Part shown: piece by piece, positions 13,906 through 24,342 of the stretch | How the letters are laid out: every line of letters begins with the position of its first letter | Numbering within the stretch: the first letter of the stretch is position 1 | Assembly: GCA_965285935.1 (NCBI GenBank) | Contig: OZ260664.1 | Span: 60,636,001-60,700,000, forward strand | Length of the DNA stretch: 64,000 nucleotides | Reading direction: 5' to 3' | Origin: Ophelia neglecta | Taxonomy: Eukaryota | Position numbers and translations under genes: made by a program | The notes under the pieces: generated by a model | Told to the model about the DNA's origin: nothing | The model's database searches: none | The model's input: only the letters and a program-made list of their open reading frames with translations

Positions 13906-15319
13906 TACTGTAGGCCTATATAATTATGCAAAACGGTCAGCAATTAGATGGTTGGTAGTTTATGCTTCCCCCTTCCCCCAATGCTGTGCTTGCTAGGATG
14001 GATAACTATTCATGTTGAATAAGGTTGGTTTAATGTCGGATACTGTCGAATCTGCATAAGCTGGCAATCTGTATGCAATCCCTTAAAGCCCAGCATACTA
14101 CGAATTCTAGCCTGAAGCAAGAGTGATTCTCTTTAACCCTTTGATTATTTTATGGTTGTGAATTATTCGCTTGCATATGGCTTGTTTTTTTATTTGTTGC
14201 CAGTTATGGGGTAGATCATAATTTAGCTGTATTGGAGGTGTGTGGGGGTGGGGGGTGGGGGGGGGGGTAGGGGGTTTATTTATTTTACCTATCTTCTGCA
14301 GCCTGGAACGATCCCTTATAATAAAGGGCAGATTTGTTGGCTATATGAAGAGTGGCTGAAAGGCAATAAGATTTGTTTTAAAATAAGTCGGACGGATGAT
14401 ACTTTCCATCCCCTGTATGGCTGGTCAGTTAACAGAAAGGCTCTTTTGTTTATTAACGTGTATATTAAATTAGACAGCTTCAGCGAAAACGGCTGTTGAG
14501 TTGTTAAACCCAGCAGGCTCAGGCGCATATAAACATCTAAAAGTCAAATTAAGCTTTAACCTGCGCATCTTTTATTCTGTATTTTACTTGTAGTCAGATA
14601 TGCTTCTCATGAGTGGGTTGTGTGCAATATTTTCGTAAGAAATTGCATAGATATGTCGCTTGGTTTATGATCGGGCCTATATCGAAGATTTTGTGCTGGA
14701 GACTATTTGGGTGAAATCATGACGTTTATCGGAGAACGAGTGTCTGAATGCAGACCTGATCGTCTGAAACCATGCTGGTGCTTTTATTTTTTGTCTCTGA
14801 AATCAATAATGATGGCATGATCACTAACACGAATGGCGAATTAAGATGAAAACTGAGTGGACTTCAAGCACAAACTGACTTTAAATATTTAAAAAGAACC
14901 GGGCTATTCATGATTATTTTATTACCGCAAAACAATCAATACCGAATCCAGAAATATTAATTAAAGGTACACGCAAATTGAAAATAGTTTCCAATACTCT
15001 ATTTTTGGATGAAGATAATATTACTATTGTAAAGGTACATTTCTAATCAGGAAAATAAATAAAATAACATACCGATATGTCTCGTGAAAACTTCGGCTAG
15101 CCTTTGTCTCATTCTTTCATCGATTCGTCCTTATCTTATTGTTAAGAGTGATAGGGTGGAAGGTCTTTTAAGACACAAAAGTGTACAAAGCAGCATTTAT
15201 GTATCGCCGCACAACCAACGCTAAGTTTTCACGCTGACAAATGAATTAAGAGTTAACTTAGGTAATGCTGGGGCAAAGCAGTAATGTCGGTTAAATAAAC
15301 ACTTTGGTGCAAAAAGTTA

Positions 15320-16225
15320 CAGATACATAGCACCCGTGCCCTCCCAAGCGAGGCACCGGAAAATGTGTGGATAAAAAGTCCCAAATCCCTTCCACCGAGG
15401 TCCAACGTCAAACAAACGTGTAGTAAGGCGTGATTGGTGGTAGGTGAAAAATAAAAGTAGGAAAAAGGGGTGTAGGAAAGGGCGCAATCGAAAAAAAAGT
15501 TTGCTCAGTGACCAACTGGGCGTAAGAAAAACCCGATAGCTATGGCAGAGCAAGTGTGACAACATGATTGGCCAACTCAGGACTCCTTGCTCAATTTACG
15601 CTCAATCACAAAAATTCAGTAAAAACATACATGAACCATTTTTTGTTTACTTGTATACATAAAACTGCATTTGTGTTTAGCTCTTATATGTTATTAAAGG
15701 ATCTCTATGTAGCGCTGCACAACCAAAGCTATATGTTGAATGTGCCTTCGCCCGCGGATGACAGTCGGTAGTGGACTCATCGTCCGAGATCTTGGAGAGA
15801 GCTAGTCTCGCAATGTGGGTGCTCCGATATAGCCGGCTCTCCCGAGTCTCGTCCTCGCAAAAAGTCCCTCTGGCGAAAAACACTGATTAGGACTGTGGGA
15901 AACGCTCTGCGATAGGGCGGTATATGATGATTCTACTCCTATGTCCTAAATTTTCTACAAAACCAATGTAGACGCTTGGGGTTTAGACCAAATTGCGAGA
16001 GCGAAGTAATGGACGAGTGCTCAATGAGCAGCTGCGGGTGAGAAATGCCCGATAGCTAGGGAAGGGCAAGTGTGACAACGTACAGGATTGGAAATCACTG
16101 GCCACCTGGACACAGTGGCCCAATACGGGTTGGGGGACACCCCTCAGCGACGACTGGCGGGTGCCCTAGAAAATAGTTTGAGTCCCATGGGGCCACGAGG
16201 GGAGACACATACGCTCAATCACTCA
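15320..16225 (+). mobile_element. Two tandem diverged copies (~15320-15610 and ~15760-16225) of a short retroposon-like repeat with an RTE-like 3' end
   Basis: Shared blocks AAAAAGTCCC, GCTCARTGA, CCCGATAGCTA...GCAAGTGTGACAAC and terminal ACGCTCAATCAC. Copy 2 ends in CCATGGGGCCACGAGGGGAGACAC, which resembles RTE/BovB-type tails (recalled similarity, not searched). Confidence 0.5.
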
Positions 16226-16329
16226 TTATGCAGTAGGCTGCTATAGACGGGAAGACCGCCAACTTTCATTTGACCATACCAAAAAAGAAAGAAATGAAAA
16301 TCAGCAAACTCTTCAGGTCATACTGCTAC

Positions 16330-16335
16330 TTTATT
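16330..16335 (-). terminator. Candidate polyadenylation signal (AATAAA) of the SLC6 gene
   Basis: tttatt on the + strand, about 90 nt downstream of the stop codon; positional evidence only. Confidence 0.45.
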
Positions 16336-16424
16336 TACCACATGAAAAGATGAAAATATTATAGTCATTCACTTCACACTCTTATTTGTAAAATCATTGT
16401 CTTTCTAAATATTGTTGTTATTAT

Positions 16425-16673
16425 TTAATCTGCACCCTCAAACGCCGTATTCGAATTCCCCACATACGTTTCGATTGTGGTGCTATCCGTCACTCCAAAT
16501 GACCCAGGAGAAGGTGAGGTAGAGGACAGCCACAAATCACTCTTGTATGTGTAAGCACCACCTCGCGGTGCTCGAACGACCATTTCCGTCTCGTCTGGTG
16601 CGTATTTTCCTGTGCGGTCCTTCTCCCGAGCTGGGCCCCAATTGTCTGTAGGCGAGCCAGACGCCTTCATCAA
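16425..16673 (-). CDS. SLC6 exon 15 (C-terminal tail, stop)
   Basis: aag|[20 protein letters not shown]...NTAFEGAD*; PxxxWGP is the typical SLC6 C-tail motif. Confidence 0.9.
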   Translation of the reverse strand: MMKASGSPTDNWGPAREKDRTGKYAPDETEMVVRAPRGGAYTYKSDLWLSSTSPSPGSFGVTDSTTIETYVGNSNTAFEGAD

Positions 16674-19600
16674 CTTTATAAAAGAAAAAGTACTCCCTTA
16701 ATCTCATTTCACGACCTGATTATTATTTTGATATATATGAACATCAAGTCTCTCATCAATAAAGGTCAAGAATAATTCATAGGTAAAATGTGTAAAATAA
16801 GATATGGATTATTATAATTATGATCAGCTGGGCCAGCATCCCAATATTCTGCTCCCATTGCCTGATGTCATTTATTCCCCCGAGCCTTATCGAGAAGTAG
16901 ATAAAGGTCAGTAAACAGGGTAGGATTCCAACGGCTAGGAATCTTATTCAAGCCACCAGGCTCAGGTTATTTTAAGTCGAATCTTCTTAAAGTTTGGTCA
17001 ACAAGATTGGCTTTTATTATATATATATCTAAATATGAATGCAACCACAAGGAACCATAGAGGACACAAACACTTCAATTTAAGACAGAACTAACCTTAC
17101 AAGCCCACATTTAATTACGAAATAAACCTACGTGTACTGTCGGGCTCCAACGAGATGTGAATGTTCTATGGCAGACGAGACACTTACCGTGTATCCTCCG
17201 TCAATCAGCCATTGGATTACCCACCAGGCGGGTATCCAGACGACCACTGCGGCCACCATGAGCCACCCCAACACGTTGGCCCAATCTGGGTACACGTACT
17301 CGCCATTAAACAAGGTCAAGCCAGTTTGCTGGACAGCCTTGAATGCCACTATCACCTAAATGGGAGCTAAGCATTAAAGTGGCTTATCTGTTTCTCCTGT
17401 TGGTTTAAAATGCTATATTTGAGTCCTTTAAGGAAATAATGGACCATTTACCAATAACCAATCTCGTTTCCAAGACAATCTGCCTTATTATTGTTCCGGC
17501 GCAATAAGATACCGAGTTGACAATAGTCAGGCCCATTGATGGGCATTTTAGTAATGGTATAAATTTCTTTTGAATTTAGAATATAAAGGGGCTTTGTGCA
17601 TCTTCGTGAACATGAAGAAAGGCGTTGGGGATAAGGTGGTCAACATTGACACAGACGGATTGACAGCGAACATGGAAAGCCTATAGTTGTCAAAAAACAC
17701 AATTATTTATTTCCCGAATTGTGAAACTCTATTCATCATTGCTAGATAAAATAACTTCAAATAACATGCATCCTTTTCTGTTTCAAAGTTCTATGATAGT
17801 CTAACTATCGAACATATAGCCAGTTTATTTATCATCTTCTTAATTAATGTACTCACAATAACTAATACGGGAGTGACCACTGTCCAGCATGAGCGATAGA
17901 ACCAGTCAGGTTTCTTTCCCACCATCAACTCAACATCACAGAGAAATTTGTTTAATCCTGTTGAATTAAGAATGATGGATGCCGTGTCTTTACACCTGGA
18001 CTTAGATATAAAACGTTCTGACAATTTCTAATGTATGGAATAGTTTGTTTTTAATACTAAAAAAAACAATGAATATACCGTAAATCCAAATGACGGCAAT
18101 TAATTCGAAAATTCCAGTGAAAAGTCTCGGAAACCCCCCGGCGTATGTATCCATAATGTTGAAAAGATAAAAACCTCCCTGAGAAAAAAGTCATAATTAA
18201 TACAGAATCTGACCCTGCATGTTTAACGAATCGAGTTTGCAAATGGTTTATTTTGATTAAAATAATCACGATTTTACCTCACAAACCATAGGAAGAGACA
18301 GCAGGAAAAAGAGAGAACAACCAATCCCTCGTAACAGAATGGGTCCCCATTTTACTTGAGAGATTACAGGAAACACATCCAGTAAGGCAGTGTATACACA
18401 CTCAACAATGGAAAACTGCAAAGATATACAAGCCTACATGTACATACACTTTTTTTGTGTTAGTTCGATAGAATCAAACACACGCCCACACAATGGCACA
18501 AAGCATGCTTCCTGTAGCACTAAAGACATGTGCAAATAAAACCAACTGCATTCCAGTAAGGGTTATGAAAACGAACTTTGAAATTATCACTTACACCATG
18601 CTTGAGCCGGCATACGATGTGGTACAGCGGACTGACATGATGTATGCTCTAGAGGCAATGCCTGAAGGGCATACATATTCAAGGCCGGTGTACCACTCCG
18701 TATACCGGGTTCATGTGTGTTGTTATGGTTTTATCATATACCTATACCACCAGCAGCATGAAAGCTAAGCTTACGACGGTATACGGGCTAGAACACCCGG
18801 GGTGGTCACCCAATCAGAGACGATTCTTATAGGTTTATGATAAAATCTTTACTTATAACACTTCACAGAATGAAAAAAAAAAGGTTTTCTTAACCGGTGT
18901 ACTTATTTTATTTGTTTAAATGGCTATACTAGTGTTCTTTATAAATTATATCACCTGTGAACTGAATCCGAGAGTGAGCATCATAAAGAAGAAGAAAAAT
19001 GACCAAAGTGGAGCTACTGGCATCTGGGACAGGCCCTCTGGGTACACCACGAAAATAAGACCCGGGCCTGCAGAAAAACACGAGACGCACCGTAACTGTC
19101 CTGAGCAACTTCCGGGTTTAATATATTAGAAATCGTAATTCATCATAACCGCTTTTAAAGGCCAGGGTATCGTTATACTAAGCAATCCATATATTTTGAA
19201 AAAAAATGAACGCCCTTAGTTTATCTGATCTAGCAGTTTTTCCAATGGAGGTAATAATTATTAATCACCAACTGCTAATTACATTCAAATTCCTTAAGCT
19301 CAGTATACGCCTAACTAAAGATTTAATTTGTGGTACCAATCACTAAATGGATTTCTAAAAGCAACATTGAATCAGATAGTTTTAAGTTTTGACGTACCAC
19401 TTTGGGCAACATCCGCTACATCCACGCCTTTCAGGACGGCCAAGAAACCTAAAACGCTGAATACTGCAAAACCAGCAAAAATACTTGTTCCACAGTTGAT
19501 CAGTGGGACCATGATGGAATCTCTGGAAAATCGTAGCAAGGCTATCAGTTTTGCTGTTTATTTTGTCGCATGTGGCTATTATTATATTTGACAAGAATGA

Positions 19601-22600
19601 AAGATAGAATTTAATGTATAATTTTTTTTCTAACACAGTAACAATTGAATAAACTTTTTATAAACTTATTAGATATTATTTTAATAACTATCGGTATCAT
19701 CATAAGTGCATCATGTTTAGACTTAAAAACCATAATAAATGTTGATGCATTCGCGTGATTCAGCTAAACTGTTGCTAGCAAACAAATTGTTATATGTCAT
19801 TTTATTCATATCGGCAGTGGCCCGAGAAGCAGGGTAGTTTGTATTGCCTCTTGGAGATTGCTGTTAGACAAACGCCTAGCGCAAAGGCTAGTAGCATAGG
19901 CCTATACTGTCTTGTGAGTTTTTTTTTCTAAAGTCATCTTAGTCCCCCATTCCTAAGAGGGTCTGGCTTCTAGAAGCACATTTATGCCGGGGCCTGGGTA
20001 GCAATCTCATGAGCTATGAATGTTTTCTTAGATAATTAAGCTATCGTATGAACCTATGACCGTCGAGGAAGACAACTGTTACATGGTATAATTCTAGCGT
20101 CAGACTAATTAGATACTTAATAATTGTTCCCTCTAATTTCTTACCTGTAGGCATTATTGTTGAACTTGTTATAGCTGGCCATGGCTATAAGGCCACCGGA
20201 ACATGTGCTCAAAGAATAGAAAATCTGTACAGCTGCATCGCTCCACACCTGGAAAATAGAGACCATGTGACATTCGGCAGCTGATTCCGACTCGAGCGCG
20301 GGCACTCCTTAACAGCCTAGAGAGGGAAAACAGCTAACCAGCATAATAACCTTATTACAGAATGATGTGGGGTATATTGTGATCTACGGCAGCCATTAAG
20401 TGGAAACTATCAAGAAGATCAGGTTGCTTTGCTTAATAGATTTTCTTGACCTAACCGACTGATACACGGGCATTATAAAATAAACATATATTTCACTGAA
20501 CAGGATAAAAGCGCTTGTTATATTTTTGCAGGAAGAAAGACCCATCTCGCTTTTAAAGTGTACCAGCTATGGTGAATAGCTGACCACAAACTCACACCCC
20601 CTAGCGTTGGGCATGAGACAAAACGCCTATGATGTGATGTACCTAAACTACTGATCCTATAGAACGGTTGTATTGAAAATACATGCACTTTTTATGTATT
20701 GATAATATGTATAGTTGGGTTATGCTATATCATGTTTTTACATCATTATTATCAGTTCGTGTAAATTCTCTCAAAAATGTCATATAGACGTTGAAACTTC
20801 GTTACCCAGTTTGTGACAGTGTACCGGTATAAATATCTATGGCCGTAGTTCGAGCTGATGGAATTGCATCGTGCCTGACAATTTTAATTCAGAGCGGAAT
20901 GTTCTAATTCGATGTATTTAAGGAAGTATTTAAACAAATATATGCTCTTTCTTGATAGTTGTCACATGACCCCAGACTACTTATTCAGTAGGGTGTACAT
21001 GTATTATTATTATAATTAGCAAATAAATCAGTTTGTCAGTATATATGCTTTTTTATGTATTGGTAGTAGGTATAGTTGGATTATACTATATCATGTTTTA
21101 CATCATTATTTTCAGTTCTCGTATATTCTCATAGAAATGTCATATACACGGTGAAACGTCGTTTTTATAGTAAAGGGAAAATATGCTAATGTCAAAATCA
21201 AAACTGCTTTGTCATTGCAAATTGAGTGCCAGTGGAGGCATGTTGAATCTTCTACCAAATATGCAGATTCTTCACGTTAACAGCTCTAGCTTAAGTGCCC
21301 TAGTAATTACGTTGGTGACTATTTAATATTGTGCACGAGGTTAAAATGAACACAGTTTTCAATAATTTAACAATTGGAATTTAAGGTGTTTATATCAATT
21401 AAAATGCTGCATTTTTTATATTTCGCACATATTACAGCTGGGGAACAAGGGACTGGTGGGCCTACAGCTGGTTCATTCCGCTGATTTCATGCCGATTCAA
21501 TCTACAATTTAGAGCACTTGTTTTTCCGGTTTATATTAATAAACACATTGTATACACATTTGGCATTTTTCCATAGTGCCAAAATTTGATGATCGAGTCT
21601 TATATGTTTAATGCGTGATCCTTCAGTTTTCACTGGCAGTTGGTCTAAAGTTTTGGAAAACGTGACAAAGCTAACCTCGGCATCAGCCAACTTGTTCCAA
21701 TCGGGTTTGAGATAAAACTCGATACCTGTACCAGCTCCAGGCAGCATACACCCTCGGACCACCATAATCAGCATCATCACGTACGGGAAAGTCGAAGTAA
21801 AGTAAACCACCTTTAATTAGAATGAGCGAGAAAACTGATTATGTTTTGTGGTTTATGAAATTTGTCCTTAACTTATACTATCCATGAGCCAACCATACAT
21901 GTATACAGTGTTACTATCGGATAGGTCTATCCGGCACCAAGTAGCATTTTTAACCTACAAACCTTTCCAAGAGAAGCGATCCCTTTTAAAAGGACTAGAA
22001 AGACAACCCCCCATGCTAGGAAAAGACTTCCAACAAGGGTCCAAACCAGACTTCCCATCTGGTCTATGCCTGGTGATAACTTAAGCACCTGGTTACTAAA
22101 TGGTTATGAAGAAAAAAACGTATTGTAAAATTTGTCCACGCCATACATATTGAATGTGGTTCTGAATAACAAGATATATAGGTTTATGAAAAACGTCATT
22201 GCCAGAACAATCATAAAAGGGCACGGACTAGAAATACTCTTCACTCGGAGTCCGGATGTCTTCGTTGGTCATGTTATATTCTAAAAATCATTGAAAAGAT
22301 ATTTTAAAATCTTATTTCGATATGTGAACTAACAGAGTTCACACTGCACCATATACAGGCTAACCGAACATCATATTTACATTTACATTTACGTTTAAAT
22401 TACACATATTCCGCTCTTAATTCTGTCATGGTTACATCGGCATAAGACTGATGGTGTTTCATCAACTTATTTACCACAATGTTTCCTTTACTTCCATTTT
22501 GTAGTTGTGAATATTCACAATACCTTTGTATTTTCTATTTATACAATGTACCTAGTTGTTCATGGTGTTTTATATATTTTTTTGCTTGAATACCTTCGAG

Positions 22601-24342
22601 ATAATAATCAACATATGTTTTGTTGGCCATCTCGTCAGCAGTCATACATTGGTATGTGTTCCACGAGTTGTCGCAATCTGTCCAGGGAAGTACACTGGTC
22701 ATGGAGGCGAAAAAGTAATATATGATGTAAGCTACCAGAATGTTGTAGTACAGTCCTACGAAAGTGGACACGGTCACCATGGCCAGCCCTATACCTATTA
22801 AAAGAGAAGCGCGAGTTCAACAGCTTTTCAATACAGCAATTAATGACACACTAATTCTCAGCCATAATAATGTTTGTGTACAAATTCTAAAGAATTCACC
22901 TTTAAATAGAGGGTTGACACTCCATATTTTTAGTGGTCCCAGGCTCGCAAATTGCCCAAAACAAACTTCGAAATAAAAAAGGGGCATGCCGCACAAAGCC
23001 ATCATAATGAAATAAGGTATGAGGAAGGCGCCTGGAAGATATAATCATTAATATCATTATTTAGTAAAATTATATGGAATGTTATTTGTAACAGGTTTGC
23101 ATTTAGGAATAAGGACTCCTTTGTCAATTTATCATTTATGTTTTTTCAGTCCACAAACATCGAAACAAACTTTATAAAAAGAGTGGGTTTCATGATAAAA
23201 TTTAAAGAAAGAAAAAGTTGTTCGAAAGTAACCTTCTAGCTCCCCCCCTCCCCCCCGCCATTTTTCTAATGGTGCGTCCCGTATTGATATTTTGGCACTG
23301 TCCTCACCCCCGCCATTTTTGAAGCACAGATATGGAAATCTCCAGACGTTTCCAAGTCCCACGGCGTATCCCACTACAGTGAGTATAAACTCTAGTTGAC
23401 TTCCCCACTGCTCTCTGGTGTCTTCTTCGTCGTCAATCTTCTCCTCGGTATCAACATCTCCTTGACTTGTCGACTGGCTCTCCTCGCCCTTGTCAACTTC
23501 ACCGCTTTTCCCCTAACATAATAATTTATATGACAAATACGAACAGGAATACCAGTTTATTGGCTATCCTCTATTAACAGAATGATTAAACTCTCGAAAA
23601 AAGAACTGTTAGCTGTAGAAATAACATTAAATAATTGTAATTGCCCTGCATTTTGCAAATGTTATTCAAATTATTATCTCCATCCATATTGCAAACTCGG
23701 GAGGCGGGGTTGGGTATTTTAAACGTATAACTAGACCTCATACTTACGGTATTTTAATATATATATATATACTAAGAAGATATTAACTGCGGGTTGTCCT
23801 TTAGATATCCCGTTAAAGGTCCACTAACGAATGCACCCAGAAAGTAGTTAATCTATGTTGAATGCATATGTGTGCCTACAATAATTATGGAAACTGGATA
23901 TAACACCTTAGTAGCTCCTTGCTTTTATCTATTTTATCCTACTCCCATTTAAATTTGTTTAATCTTCTGCAATAAGGAAAATACAAAGAACTCTGGCTGC
24001 CGAAAAAACGCGCAGTGGGGCGGATGGCTATTGTTTAATGAAGCTTAGTTGATAATGTATGACGACAGAATACTACCACATAATGGAAAAGAAAGTTTTC
24101 TGATCGTATTTACTGTTTATTTATTATCTTCAGTGTCTTATTTGCATCGACCATGGCACCAACTATCCTGACCATTGTTTAAATAATGCCATACGTTCAT
24201 TTTGACAAAAGTTTATAAGCGATACTACAACAACCTAACTCAAAATACACGATTACTATAGTTCATTTGATTACGCCTAGATATGAACGAAAACCAAACT
24301 CACCATATCCAAATCTGGGGCTTCTTTATCACTTGTTGTCAT
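16425..24342 (-). CDS. SLC6 (NSS) Na+/Cl--dependent amino-acid-type transporter, GlyT/PROT-like invertebrate member; 15 coding exons, 1995 nt, 664 aa
   Basis: Exons: 24304-24342, 23308-23512, 22900-23031, 22594-22794, 22229-22280, 21963-22095, 21676-21810, 20145-20248, 19398-19522, 18955-19067, 18278-18415, 18079-18178, 17857-17957, 17188-17355, 16425-16673. All introns are GT-AG with compatible phases and give one open frame. Family motifs: [37 protein letters not shown], LPWxxCxNxWNTxxC, [38 protein letters not shown]. Confidence 0.95.
17188..17355 (-). CDS. SLC6 exon 14 (TM12)
   Basis: tag|VIVAFK...[26 protein letters not shown]...GGYT|gtaagt. Confidence 0.94.
17857..17957 (-). CDS. SLC6 exon 13 (TM11)
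   Basis: cag|[34 protein letters not shown]|gtgagt. Confidence 0.94.
18079..18178 (-). CDS. SLC6 exon 12 (TM10)
   Basis: cag|[33 protein letters not shown]|gtatat. Confidence 0.93.
18278..18415 (-). CDS. SLC6 exon 11 (TM8 end, TM9)
   Basis: cag|[46 protein letters not shown]|gtaaaa. Confidence 0.93.
18955..19067 (-). CDS. SLC6 exon 10 (EL4, TM8)
   Basis: cag|[38 protein letters not shown]|gtgata. Confidence 0.95.
19398..19522 (-). CDS. SLC6 exon 9 (TM7)
   Basis: cag|[41 protein letters not shown]|gtacgt. Confidence 0.95.
20145..20248 (-). CDS. SLC6 exon 8 (TM6)
   Basis: cag|[35 protein letters not shown]|gtaag. Confidence 0.95.
20689..21163. repeat. ~115-bp diverged direct repeat (20689-20803 and 21049-21163) in SLC6 intron 7
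   Basis: ttttatgtattg..ta.ta.gtatagttgg.ttat.ctatatcatgtttt..catcattatt.tcagttc...aaatgtcatata.acg.tgaaac.tcgtt occurs twice, 360 bp apart. Confidence 0.9.
21676..21810 (-). CDS. SLC6 exon 7 (TM5)
   Basis: aag|[45 protein letters not shown]|gttagc. Confidence 0.95.
21963..22095 (-). CDS. SLC6 exon 6 (TM4)
   Basis: tttag|[45 protein letters not shown]|gtttgt. Confidence 0.93.
22229..22280 (-). CDS. SLC6 exon 5 (52-nt EL2 exon)
   Basis: ttttag|[19 protein letters not shown]|gtccgt; contains the conserved PSEEY motif. Confidence 0.88.
22594..22794 (-). CDS. SLC6 exon 4 (TM3, start of EL2)
   Basis: tag|[23 protein letters not shown]...[15 protein letters not shown]...YYLE|gtattc; the donor was chosen by phase match to exon 5. 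Confidence 0.88.
22900..23031 (-). CDS. SLC6 exon 3 (TM2)
   Basis: cag|[44 protein letters not shown]|gtgaat. Confidence 0.95.
23108..23283. mobile_element. MITE relic in SLC6 intron 2 (poly-C followed by a TAATGGTGCGTCCC terminus)
   Basis: The same 14-bp terminus, preceded by a C-run, recurs at 28990-29003, which indicates a dispersed family. The left boundary is uncertain. Confidence 0.5.
23308..23512 (-). CDS. SLC6 exon 2 (N-terminus, TM1)
   Basis: tag|GKSGEVD...[36 protein letters not shown]|gtgag. Confidence 0.95.
24304..24342 (-). CDS. SLC6 exon 1 ([13 protein letters not shown])
   Basis: ATG at 24342-24340, 13 open codons, strong gtgagt donor; phase 0 matches exon 2. No homology support for this short N-terminus. 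Confidence 0.7.
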
